A stretch of DNA of 64,000 nucleotides from a bacterium (GCA_043815505.1 JBDRIV010000002.1:246943-310942), one strand, 5' to 3'. Shown: positions 7,758-16,860, numbered from the stretch's first letter. The notes: generated by a model not told the origin, from the sequence alone. Program-made: numbers and translations.

Positions 7758-10632
7758 TATTGCTGTCAAGAAACTGAATCGCGAGCAAAGAAGGGCCGTA
7801 ACCGCAGGAGGTGGCCCACTTTTAATCGTGGCTGGCGCTGGTACTGGTAAAACGACAGTTATTACTCAACGTTTTGCTTGGCTTTTAAAAAACAAGAAAT
7901 TAGAACCAAAAAACATTTTAGCCGTAACTTTTACCGAAAAAGCGGCGGGAGAAATGGAGGAGCGCATCGATCAGCTTTTGCCACTGGGTTATTCTGATTT
8001 ATGGATTCACACTTTCCATGGCTTTGCTGATAGAGTTTTACGTTCTCATGCCTTAGAAATTGGCCTGGATCCATTTTATAAAGTTTTAACTCAATCCGAT
8101 CAGTGGCTTTTCTTACGCAAACATATTTTTGATTTCAACATTGATTATTATCGGCCCCTGGGCAATCCTACAAAATTCTTGCAGGAAATTATAAAACACA
8201 TTAGTCGTGCCAAAGATGAAAATGTTACGCCAGCAGATTATAAAAAGTATGCCAATACCAAACACAAAGATAAAGATGGAGAAGAAATAAAAAGATTAAA
8301 AGAAATTGCTCATATTTATGCCAAATATCAGCAAAAAATGGCCAAGGCTGGATTCTTGGATTTTGGTGATCTTATTATGTACACCATGAAGCTTTTTAAG
8401 AAACGACCCAACATTTTAAAAGAATACCAGCAACAATTTAAATATATTTTGGTTGATGAATTTCAGGATACTAACTGGGCGCAATACGCCATGATGAAGA
8501 TGATGGCGCGTCCAGAAAACAATCTAACGGTTGTAGGTGATGACGACCAAGCAATTTTCAGGTTCCGAGGAGCTTCCGTTTCCAATATTCTACAATTCGA
8601 AAAAGATTTTCCCAAAGCAAAAAAAGTTGTGATGTTGCAAAACTACAGATCCACGCAAGAAATTCTGGATTTAGCATATAAATCAATCCAGTTTAATAAT
8701 CCTGATCGCTTGGAAGAAAAATATGGTATTAATAAAAAATTGCAAGCGCAAAAAAAGGATGAGAAATCTGTAAACTGGATTCATAAAAAAACTATGGAAC
8801 AAGAGGCGGTGGCTGTGGTTGAGGAAATAATTAAATTGAATAAAAAGCAAAAATCTTGGAATAAATTTTGTATTTTGGTACGCGCTAATGCCACGGCTGA
8901 TGTATTTTTAGCAGCTCTTAGCAAAAATAACATTCCCTATCAGTTTTTAGCTTCACGCGGTTTGTATCAACGCTCAGAAATAATAGATATTATGTCCTAT
9001 CTTAGAGTGTTAGCAGATTTTTATGACAACATAAATTTGCTAAGAGTTTTATCAATTGAAGTATTTGATATTCATATTTCTGATATCACAAAAATAATTC
9101 ACTATGCCAAAAAGAAAAACATTCCCCTTATTGATGTTTTGTTGAATATCGATAAATATTTGAAACTATCAAGCGAAACTAATCAAAAAGTAAATAAAGT
9201 TACCAATTTAATTGAAGAGCACAGTAATTTGGCCAAAAATCGTCCCGCTTCAGAAATCTTGGTTCACTTTTTAGAAGATTCTGGTTACATGAAAGATTTG
9301 CGCTCTCAAGACACGCCAGAAAATGACGAAATAATTTTAAATATTGGTCAGTTTTTCAAACAAGTTCAAGAATATCAGCTGACGGGTAATACTTTCTTGG
9401 TGCGAGATTTTATTGCGGAAGTGGATTTAGCAATAGAAGGGGGCGAAGATCCAGCGCCAGTTGTGCCCATGGAAGGACCAGAAGCTGTAAAAATTATGAC
9501 CATTCACGCAGCTAAGGGTTTAGAGTTTCCAGTAGTTTTTGTAGCTTCAGTTGTGGAAGAAAGATTTCCAGTGCGTCGGCGTTCCGATCTTATTCCTCTG
9601 CCCAATGATTTTGTAAAAGAAATACTACCAGAAGGAGATGAACACTTGGAAGAAGAGCGGCGTTTGTTCTACGTTGCCTGCACTCGGGCTAAAGAAAAAC
9701 TTTATTTTACAACCGCTGAAGACTACGGTGGTAAGCGCAGTAAAAAAATATCACGTTTTTTATCTGAAATTTCAAAACCTTTGACAAAATTTGTGAAAGA
9801 AGTACCACCAAAATTATCTCCGAAAGAAAAAGAAGAGGCTCTAGGGTTCATAAAACCTGAAGCAGCTGTAATAGTTAAAAGAACGGGAACTAAATTTGAA
9901 ATTCCCAAAAAGTTTTCCTATTCTCAAATTAGAGATTTTAATGATTGTCCGTTACGTTATAAATTTAAATATCTGTTAAAAATTCCTCAACGAGGTTCTC
10001 AGGTTTTTTCTTATGGTCAATCTTTACACGGCACGTTGCGAAAGTTTCATGAACAAATAAAATTGGGCAAGCAGCCAAAGGAGGAAGACTTACATAAATA
10101 TTTAAATCAAGAATGGGTGGGTGATTGGTATTCTTCTCGGGCTCATGAAAGAAAAAGAAAAAAGGAAGCCAAGGACACCTTAAAAAAATATTATCAAGAC
10201 AACAAAAGTAATTTCAAAAAGCCAGTTTATTTGGAAAAAGGTTTTAGTGTAAAAATAAACAAAACTTCATTTTCAGGATTCATTGATCGCGTAGATGATT
10301 TAGGTAAAGGGAAAGTGGAGATTATTGATTACAAAACCGGTTCTATGCCAAAAGCCAAAGCAGATATTGAACAAGCGAAAAGACAGCTTTATATTTATGG
10401 TTTAGCTATGAAAGAAGTTTTCAAATTACAGCCAGAAAAAGTAACCCTTTATTATTTAGACAAAGGAGAACAGATTTCAGATTCATTATTGCCAGAGAGA
10501 ATGAAGATAGAAATGAAGGAATTAGTGACTACAACAAAGGAAATCAAGAAAAGTAAATTTAATCCCACACCTGGTTATATGATTTGTAAATATTGTGACT
10601 TTCGTGATATTTGCGAAGCGAGACATAGATAG
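7741..10632 (+). CDS. UvrD/PcrA-family helicase fused to a C-terminal RecB/Cas4-like PD-(D/E)xK nuclease with an Fe-S cysteine cluster (AddA/AddB-like helicase-nuclease)
   Basis: The helicase motifs GAGTGKT and VDEFQDTN are present. The C-terminus carries GFIDRVDDLGKGKVEIIDYKTG plus C...CxxCxxxxxC (CPLRY...CKYCDFRDIC). The start overlaps sbcC by 17 nt. Confidence 0.8.
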   Translation: MLSMDNIAVKKLNREQRRAVTAGGGPLLIVAGAGTGKTTVITQRFAWLLKNKKLEPKNILAVTFTEKAAGEMEERIDQLLPLGYSDLWIHTFHGFADRVLRSHALEIGLDPFYKVLTQSDQWLFLRKHIFDFNIDYYRPLGNPTKFLQEIIKHISRAKDENVTPADYKKYANTKHKDKDGEEIKRLKEIAHIYAKYQQKMAKAGFLDFGDLIMYTMKLFKKRPNILKEYQQQFKYILVDEFQDTNWAQYAMMKMMARPENNLTVVGDDDQAIFRFRGASVSNILQFEKDFPKAKKVVMLQNYRSTQEILDLAYKSIQFNNPDRLEEKYGINKKLQAQKKDEKSVNWIHKKTMEQEAVAVVEEIIKLNKKQKSWNKFCILVRANATADVFLAALSKNNIPYQFLASRGLYQRSEIIDIMSYLRVLADFYDNINLLRVLSIEVFDIHISDITKIIHYAKKKNIPLIDVLLNIDKYLKLSSETNQKVNKVTNLIEEHSNLAKNRPASEILVHFLEDSGYMKDLRSQDTPENDEIILNIGQFFKQVQEYQLTGNTFLVRDFIAEVDLAIEGGEDPAPVVPMEGPEAVKIMTIHAAKGLEFPVVFVASVVEERFPVRRRSDLIPLPNDFVKEILPEGDEHLEEERRLFYVACTRAKEKLYFTTAEDYGGKRSKKISRFLSEISKPLTKFVKEVPPKLSPKEKEEALGFIKPEAAVIVKRTGTKFEIPKKFSYSQIRDFNDCPLRYKFKYLLKIPQRGSQVFSYGQSLHGTLRKFHEQIKLGKQPKEEDLHKYLNQEWVGDWYSSRAHERKRKKEAKDTLKKYYQDNKSNFKKPVYLEKGFSVKINKTSFSGFIDRVDDLGKGKVEIIDYKTGSMPKAKADIEQAKRQLYIYGLAMKEVFKLQPEKVTLYYLDKGEQISDSLLPERMKIEMKELVTTTKEIKKSKFNPTPGYMICKYCDFRDICEARHR

Positions 10633-10672
10633 CATATGGCTTATGGCTTGTAGCGAATGGCTAATGGCACGG
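10633..10672. repeat. Tandem heptamer repeats (atatggc|ttatggc|ttgtagc|gaatggc|taatggc)
   Basis: Clear 7-nt periodicity. It contains ggcttgtagc, identical to the first 10 nt of the downstream tRNA-Ala. Confidence 0.5.
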
Positions 10673-10689
10673 ATTTGAGATGAAAATAA

Positions 10690-10897
10690 TTGTATAATAC
10701 AAAAATTAAATATGGTGCGTAGCTAGCGAAGTGAAGCGAGCACGTGTTTCAACTAAAGAAAGTAATACAATTTGAATTTGGAGCGCATCCGCCAGCTGGC
10801 GGAGAGCACGGATTCAAATTGAGAGGACAAACAATGTGTAAGCTGAAGAGATTCAACCTGTTGAATTTCGTAAGCTGGAAAGTTGTTTGGACGAAGA
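10690..10897 (+). ncRNA. Candidate structured leader or small RNA upstream of tRNA-Ala (unclassified)
   Basis: A TGTATAAT extended -10-like element at 10691-10698 is followed by about 190 nt with several inverted repeats (caatttgaatttgg...ggattcaaattg; cgccagctggcg; gattcaacctgttgaatttc). No credible ORF is present. Confidence 0.25.
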
Positions 10898-10968
10898 GGG
10901 CTTGTAGCACAGTGGTAGTGCACCGCATTCGCATTGCGGAGACACGGGTTCGATTCCCGTCAAGTCCA
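10898..10968 (+). tRNA. tRNA-Ala (anticodon CGC)
   Basis: GGGCTTGTAGCACAGTGGTAGTGCA-CCGCA-TTCGCAT-TGCGG-AGAC-ACGGGTTCGATTCCCGT-CAAGTCC-A. The G3:U70 alanine identity pair is present. No CCA is encoded. Confidence 0.8.
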
Positions 10969-11137
10969 TTTATTATACAATAAATCTTTACTACAATAGC
11001 CTTATATAAGCCTAATAGTGGCGTAGAGCTTGACAGGAATTATATTATGGTGTAGTATTGGACATAAGTAATTTGTACCTAAATATCAAGTTTCAGGAAA
11101 ATGCTAAAGAAATCTAGCACAAACAAGGAGATCTATC

Positions 11138-11362
11138 ATGGCCAAAATGGTGCAGTGCATTGTGTGTATGGAAATGTATCGCGAAGGGAGTGGGCACATA
11201 AATCAACACAATAACATGGACATCGAGCTTGCGATCCTTCGCGAGCAAAAGACGACCGGAACTGTACTCAAAACACGGCGCCAGTTGTTCGAGGAGAACG
11301 CTTCTCAAAATGGCCGTCACGCCGGCTCGATCGGCCACACCGGCGACGACAGCGACCGTTAG
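11138..11362 (+). CDS. Small hypothetical CxxC protein encoded in a locally GC-rich island
   Basis: A strong SD (AAGGAG, 7 nt before the ATG) sits in a genome that mostly lacks SD sequences. Overlapping ORFs on both strands arise from the high local GC content, and this is the only one with a ribosome-binding site. Confidence 0.3.
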   Translation: MAKMVQCIVCMEMYREGSGHINQHNNMDIELAILREQKTTGTVLKTRRQLFEENASQNGRHAGSIGHTGDDSDR

Positions 11363-11484
11363 GTCGCAGTCCATCAAATCCAGCCGTACCTTTCGAAAGG
11401 CGAACCGAGTACATCATGTGCACGGAACGCCTTTTTTCTTTGCCAAGATTTCTAAAATTTCTCAAAATAAGTTAAAATGTATTT

Positions 11485-12039
11485 ATGACAAACGAAACTA
11501 CATTTTTAATACTGCATGGTTATCAAGGCTCAGGAACAAAGCACTGGCAAACTTGGTTAGCATCAGAATTAGAAAAAGCTGGTAAACAAGTTTTGTATCC
11601 AGCTTTACCCAGTAAAGATCAGCCCAGTAAAAATGCTTGGCTACAAAAACTGACAGAAACCATAAAAGACATTGATTCCGAATCTTTGGTTGTTTTAGCT
11701 CACAGTATAGGTTGTTCGCTGTGGCTTCATTATGCAAATAAAAATATTACCAAAGTTCCTAAAATGGTTTATCTGGTTTCTCCCACCACACCTGACGATA
11801 GAGGAATTGAAGAAATAAGTTCTTTTTTCCCTTTACCAAAAATTAATCTGTTTCCCCAAAGAGAACATTATTTAATGGTTGCTTCGGACAATGATCCTTA
11901 TATGGATATAAAAGAATTTAAAAATTTGGAATTAAGTTTATCTATTCCATTTTTATTTATACCAGACGCTGGTCATATAAACGTGGATGCTGGATATGGT
12001 GAGTGGCCTTGGATTTTAGAAGAGTGTTTAAAACATTAA
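11485..12039 (+). CDS. Alpha/beta-fold serine hydrolase, RBBP9/YdeN family
   Basis: N-terminal FLILHGYQGSG, a GxSxG nucleophile elbow (AHSIGC) and a C-terminal GHINVDAGYG match the PF06821-like fold. Confidence 0.6.
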   Translation: MTNETTFLILHGYQGSGTKHWQTWLASELEKAGKQVLYPALPSKDQPSKNAWLQKLTETIKDIDSESLVVLAHSIGCSLWLHYANKNITKVPKMVYLVSPTTPDDRGIEEISSFFPLPKINLFPQREHYLMVASDNDPYMDIKEFKNLELSLSIPFLFIPDAGHINVDAGYGEWPWILEECLKH

Positions 12040-12048
12040 AGCAAAAGA

Positions 12049-12090
12049 AAACTCCGCCACAAATCATTTTTGTAGGAACGGAGTTTTTTA
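12049..12090 (+). terminator. Rho-independent terminator
   Basis: Stem aactccg...cggagtt followed by TTTTT. Confidence 0.55.
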
Positions 12091-12454
12091 TTGGGCACAG
12101 ATATTTATTTGGTAAAAATGGAAAGAAGTAAGATTCCAGTGATGAAAATCACAACGGTACAGTCAGCACAAAAATCGAGGAGAGTGTATTTCATAAATAT
12201 TCTACCTCCGAAGATTTAGAAGACATGCACAGCAAAAATCCCAAAAACTTCATTTAACAGAATAAGTACAATAAAAATTAATAAACAAACACAACCAATT
12301 GCGTCACCAACATTTCTTTTCGATTTTTCTTTTTGCTCACTCACCACACTTACCTTAAATAAGCCAAAATGTGTACCTATGTTTAAATCTAAAGAGCATT
12401 TTTCAATATTTGAATTTTACCTTAAACTAGCTAAAAAAGTCAATTTATATCAAC

Positions 12455-12483
12455 TTGCCACGCTCCAAAAAACTTGGTAAAAT
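12455..12483 (+). promoter_or_regulatory. Sigma70-like promoter (TTGCCA-17-TAAAAT)
   Basis: Near-consensus -35 and -10 with a 17-bp spacer, about 30 nt upstream of the 12516 ORF. Confidence 0.4.
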
Positions 12484-12515
12484 ACTCTTACAGTAAACTA
12501 AAATAAACATAAAAT

Positions 12516-12902
12516 ATGAGACTGAGAAGTTATTTAATAGGCATGGCGCTCGCAACTGCATTTTGTTCGTTTTCTTTTGGATTAATTCTATTCTATGTAG
12601 ATCCGAATGAATCGGGAATTGTGGGAGTCATTTCGTTTTATGCCAGCTTACTATTTGCCAGCATTGGAACATTTACCATTTTAGGTTTCTATTTACGCTT
12701 GTTTTTTTCCAAAAACGAAATAGTATTTGCCCATGTTGCACCAGCCTTCAGGCAAGCTGTACTACTCGCCTTAGCCTTAATCGGCTCGCTGTTACTGCAA
12801 GCGTTTCGTTTGTTAACTTGGTGGGATGCGGCCCTTCTCGTTTTAACTCTGGCGTTATTTGAATTTTATTTTTTATCAAGAAAAATAGGTGTTAAGAACT
12901 AG
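12516..12902 (+). CDS. Hypothetical small membrane protein (4 TM)
   Basis: 128 aa and hydrophobic. No recognisable motif. Confidence 0.4.
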   Translation: MRLRSYLIGMALATAFCSFSFGLILFYVDPNESGIVGVISFYASLLFASIGTFTILGFYLRLFFSKNEIVFAHVAPAFRQAVLLALALIGSLLLQAFRLLTWWDAALLVLTLALFEFYFLSRKIGVKN

Positions 12903-13260
12903 ATTAAAAAGAACTGTCATTGCCAGTTGTGTGAAAGTTCAAGAGCTTATTGGATCTGCTCAAAGAGAACAGATGTACAAAAAAGCTCTCACCTTTGATT
13001 TACGCAAAAATGGTTTTAAAGTAGATACCAACAAAAGATTTTCAGTTGGTATTAATGACGAAAATTTGTTTTATTACAATTTGGATTTGATTGTAAATGA
13101 AGAAATGATTATTAAAATTGCCGCCCATCCTGGTGAATTACCAAAAGAAATTGTGACAGAAGTTTTAAAGCAACAACAAATTTCCGATCTGCCTGTAGCT
13201 GTGGTGGTGAATTTTGCCAATACAGAATTAGATATTAGAATTTTTGAGAATGAAAAATGA
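12889..13260 (+). CDS. GxxExxY-family protein (PD-(D/E)xK-like)
   Basis: LIGSAQREQMYKKALTFDLRKNGFKV ... DLIVNEEMIIKIAAH ... VVVNF matches my memory of the GxxExxY family pattern. It overlaps both neighbouring genes. Confidence 0.45.
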   Translation: MLRTRLKRTVIASCVKVQELIGSAQREQMYKKALTFDLRKNGFKVDTNKRFSVGINDENLFYYNLDLIVNEEMIIKIAAHPGELPKEIVTEVLKQQQISDLPVAVVVNFANTELDIRIFENEK

Positions 13261-14296
13261 ACTAAATAAAATTCGTAAAGAAGCTAAAGAAAAAATATTT
13301 CAAGCTAAAAACGAAAAAGAATTGAATTCTTTGCGTGTTTTGTATTTGGGACGCAAAGGAGAAGTTAGCAAGTTGCTAAAATCCATTAGTCAATTGAATA
13401 AAACCGAGCGACCAAAAATGGGAGCAGCTATAAATGAATTAAAAACATTCATCCAAGAAACTTTAGCAGAAGCAGTAAGAGATTTGGAAATGGCTAAGTT
13501 TTCCCATTTGGCAAAAAGCGAAAGATTAGATGTTACAAAACCGGTAGGAAAAATAACTGGTGAAAATCATTTGGTTACAGACATGACTCATAAAATCTGG
13601 CAAACATTTCAATTGCTTGGTTTTAAAGTCGTGTTGGGGCCAGAGATAGAAACGGACGAAATGAATTTTAAAGCTTTAAATGTTCCGGACGATCATCCTG
13701 CTCGTGATATGCAAGACACTTTTTATTTATCAAATAATTTATTACTCAGAACTCACACTTCTTCTGTGCAAGGAAGAATTATGCAGAAAGAAGATCCACC
13801 ATTACGTGTAATTTCTACCGGCAAATGTTTTCGCCGTGATGATGACATGACGCACACGCCAATGTTCCACCAGTTTGAAGGTTTTGTGATTGATAAAAAT
13901 ATAACCATGGCCGATTTAAAAGGAACGCTCACGCAAGCCATGCGCCTTTTGTTAAACGACGACAAGTTGAAAGGTCGGTTCAGAATTTCTTATTTTCCTT
14001 TTGTAGAACCGGGAGCAGAATTTGATGTCACTTGCACAATTTGTGGAGGTAAGGGCCTACCCGCGGGCGCGGGGCGCGACCAGGGTTGTCGCACCTGCAA
14101 AGGAACTGGTTGGATTGAAATGGGCGGTTGCGGTATGGTGCATCCTAATGTATTGGAATATGTTGGTTATGAAAAAGGCAAATGGCAAGGTTTTGCGTTC
14201 GGATTTGGCATCGAAAGACCACTTATGATAAAACACAGAATTCCAGATTTGAGAATGTTTTACGAAAACGATATCAGATTTTTATCTCAATTTTAA
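13244..14296 (+). CDS. pheS: Phenylalanine--tRNA ligase alpha subunit
   Basis: N-terminal helical arm, class II motifs (FRRDDD, GCGMVHPNVL, GFAFGFGIERPLM), and an extra CxxC...CxxC insertion. Confidence 0.9.
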   Translation: MRMKNELNKIRKEAKEKIFQAKNEKELNSLRVLYLGRKGEVSKLLKSISQLNKTERPKMGAAINELKTFIQETLAEAVRDLEMAKFSHLAKSERLDVTKPVGKITGENHLVTDMTHKIWQTFQLLGFKVVLGPEIETDEMNFKALNVPDDHPARDMQDTFYLSNNLLLRTHTSSVQGRIMQKEDPPLRVISTGKCFRRDDDMTHTPMFHQFEGFVIDKNITMADLKGTLTQAMRLLLNDDKLKGRFRISYFPFVEPGAEFDVTCTICGGKGLPAGAGRDQGCRTCKGTGWIEMGGCGMVHPNVLEYVGYEKGKWQGFAFGFGIERPLMIKHRIPDLRMFYENDIRFLSQF

Positions 14297-14298
14297 AG

Positions 14299-14402
14299 CC
14301 CGGTAGTACAATCCGGGTCAGAAAATAGAATAAGTCTTTCTATAAGTAATTAATTTATAAGATAGTCAAACATAATAATAATCATTAAATTGTACTACCG
14401 GG
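14299..14402. mobile_element. Inverted-repeat MITE-like element, family 1, copy 1 (cccggtagtacaa ... ttgtactaccggg); the right arm abuts the pheT ATG
   Basis: 13-bp perfect terminal inverted repeats at 14299-14311 and 14390-14402 around an AT-rich core. It lies 2 nt after the pheS stop and immediately before the pheT start. Confidence 0.6.
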
Positions 14403-16826
14403 ATGATTGTTTCTCTTAACTGGTTAAAAGAATATACGGATTCAAAACTTCCAATTAACAAATTGGTAGAAGAATTAACTATGCGTTCAATTGAAGTTAA
14501 TAGTGTAACTAAATTGGGCAAATATTTGGATAAAATAATAATTGGTCAAGTTAAAGAAATGAAAAAACATCCTAACGCTGATCTACTTAATCTGGCTAAA
14601 GTTGATATTGGCAACAAAACTTTGGAAATTGTTTGTGGCGGCAAGAATTTAAAACCAGGACAAAAAGTAGCCGTAGCACAAGTTGGAGCTAAAGTAAATT
14701 TTGATGGCGAGGAATGTAAAATTTCCCCAACCAAAATTAGAGGAGTAGAGAGCATTGGTATGATTTGTTCGGCAAAAGAAATTGGTTTGAGTGATGAATC
14801 TGAAAATCCTAATAACGAACCGCGTATAATGGTGCTTAATGATGACGCACCGGTTGGAACTGAACTAAAAAAATATGGTAGCTTCAACGATAAAATTTTA
14901 GATTTAGATATTCAAGCCAATCGTTCTGATTTAATGGGGCACATTGGCATAGCTAGAGAAATTGCTGTTTTAAATAAACAGAAACTTTCTGTTCATGAAT
15001 ATAAATTGCCATCAACTGTCAATTCCAAGTTGCCTTTAAATATCTCTGTAACTGCCAAGGAATATGTACCACGTTATTCAGCGCTGATAATTTCTGGTTT
15101 AAAAAATATTGCTACTCCTAAATGGATGAAGGACAGACTGGAAGCAATCGGGCAGCGTAGTATTAATTATGTTGTCGATCTGACCAATTATTTGATGCAT
15201 GATACCGGCCAACCACTTCACGCCTTTGATTATGATAGAATTGCTGGTCACCAAATGACAGTTAGAGAAGCTGAGGAAGGAGAAGTAGTACAAACTTTGG
15301 ACGGTGAAAAAAGAAAATTGCAAAAAGGAATGCTCGTTATTACTGACGGCAAGGGTCTAATTGATCTAGCAGGAATTATGGGTGGTAAGAATAGCGAGGT
15401 TGATATCAATACTAAAACAATTGTTTTGCAAGCAGCAATTTTTGATCCTATTAGAATTAGAAAAACTTCTAGGTTGCTTGGACACAGAACTGACGCTGTT
15501 GCTCGTTATGAAAAATCAGTTGATGTTACCGGCACTTTAAATGTTTTAGCTAAAGCTTTAAATATAATTAAAAAAGATCAACCCGGAGCTAAGTTAGAAA
15601 AAATTATTGACCATGACCTTTCGACTTACCAAGAAAATGTAATAAAATTTGACTCAGCTATGGTGAAAAAATTAGGCGGAGTGGATGTTTCTAACAATGA
15701 AAGTAAAACAATTCTTACACAACTGGGAATGAAAGTGGCAGCCAAACAAAATTTATTGCACGTTACTGTTCCATCATTCAGATCAGACATTACTAAACAA
15801 GAAGATTTAGTTGAAGAAATATTAAGAATTTACGGTTATGATAAAATTCCTGAAACCAATTTGGTTCATGATACATCAGCTTCGCATTTAGACAAAGATT
15901 TAGAAGTAAAAAAAGCTATTCATTCATTTTTGTCTGCTCGAGGAGCATACGAAGTTATAAATTATTCTTTCGTTGGTAATAAAGAAGTTATAGATCTAGG
16001 ACTTGATCCCAATAAACATATTCGTATAACTAATCCAATTGATGAGCGCCAGAGCATAATGCGCTCGGAATTAATTTCGGGATTACTTAAAAACACTAAA
16101 GATAATTTACGCTTCCAAGAAAAGTTTTTTATTTATGAACTTGGTAATACTTTTATTCCGCAAACAGACGACGATGTCAGAGAAATTGAAATGTTAGCTG
16201 GAGTTTGTGCGATCGCAAACAGCGAAAAGAAAAAAGGAGAAGTATTTTATAAAGCCAAAGAGACAATTGAAGAATTACTTAATCATTTGAATTTTGAAGA
16301 TATAAGATTTGTTCCGAAAAACTTTTCTAAAGATGAAAAATCAGAAGATTATATTTATCATCCTGGACGCACAGCAGAAATTTGGGCAGGCAACAAATAT
16401 TTAGGTCTAATAGCTGAAGCTCATACCATTGCTTTGAAGAATTTTGGTATAAAAAGCCGAGTTGCAATTTTTGAATTAGAGCTGGAAAAACTAGTACCTT
16501 TAGCCATGAATTACAAAGTATATAAAGAAATCTCAAAATACCCTCCAATTTCCCTTGATTTAGCCTTTTTATTACCGCAAAAAACCTTGATTTCTGATGT
16601 AAAAAGTGCTATGCTTAAAGCAGGTAAACCTCTGCTTGTACAAGCAGATTTATTTGACGAATATTTTGGTCAGAGTGTTCCCCGAAGTGCAAAAAGCTTA
16701 GCTTTCCACTTGTATTTTCAAGACATGAAAAAAACTTTAAATGAAAATGATGTGGCCGGGGTTAAGAAAAATATTATAAGTGAATTAAAGAAATTATTTG
16801 GTGCAACCTTGCGCCAAAAAAAGTAA
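14403..16826 (+). CDS. pheT: Phenylalanine--tRNA ligase beta subunit
   Basis: MIVSLNWLKEYTD N-terminus, B3/4 and B5 domains, 807 aa. Confidence 0.9.
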   Translation: MIVSLNWLKEYTDSKLPINKLVEELTMRSIEVNSVTKLGKYLDKIIIGQVKEMKKHPNADLLNLAKVDIGNKTLEIVCGGKNLKPGQKVAVAQVGAKVNFDGEECKISPTKIRGVESIGMICSAKEIGLSDESENPNNEPRIMVLNDDAPVGTELKKYGSFNDKILDLDIQANRSDLMGHIGIAREIAVLNKQKLSVHEYKLPSTVNSKLPLNISVTAKEYVPRYSALIISGLKNIATPKWMKDRLEAIGQRSINYVVDLTNYLMHDTGQPLHAFDYDRIAGHQMTVREAEEGEVVQTLDGEKRKLQKGMLVITDGKGLIDLAGIMGGKNSEVDINTKTIVLQAAIFDPIRIRKTSRLLGHRTDAVARYEKSVDVTGTLNVLAKALNIIKKDQPGAKLEKIIDHDLSTYQENVIKFDSAMVKKLGGVDVSNNESKTILTQLGMKVAAKQNLLHVTVPSFRSDITKQEDLVEEILRIYGYDKIPETNLVHDTSASHLDKDLEVKKAIHSFLSARGAYEVINYSFVGNKEVIDLGLDPNKHIRITNPIDERQSIMRSELISGLLKNTKDNLRFQEKFFIYELGNTFIPQTDDDVREIEMLAGVCAIANSEKKKGEVFYKAKETIEELLNHLNFEDIRFVPKNFSKDEKSEDYIYHPGRTAEIWAGNKYLGLIAEAHTIALKNFGIKSRVAIFELELEKLVPLAMNYKVYKEISKYPPISLDLAFLLPQKTLISDVKSAMLKAGKPLLVQADLFDEYFGQSVPRSAKSLAFHLYFQDMKKTLNENDVAGVKKNIISELKKLFGATLRQKK

Positions 16827-16860
16827 GGGGTCAATCTTTTGCTTTTTAAATTGAATTATG

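Noticed and set aside
10744-10983. ORFs 10744..10983(+) and 10749..10934(-)
   Set aside because: They overlap tRNA-Ala and the structured leader, so they are non-coding.
11114-11585. Overlapping ORFs 11114..11377(-), 11229..11585(+), 11268..11465(-)
   Set aside because: They arise from the local GC-richness. They are mutually exclusive and lack start context. Only 11138..11362(+) has an SD, and even that is low confidence.
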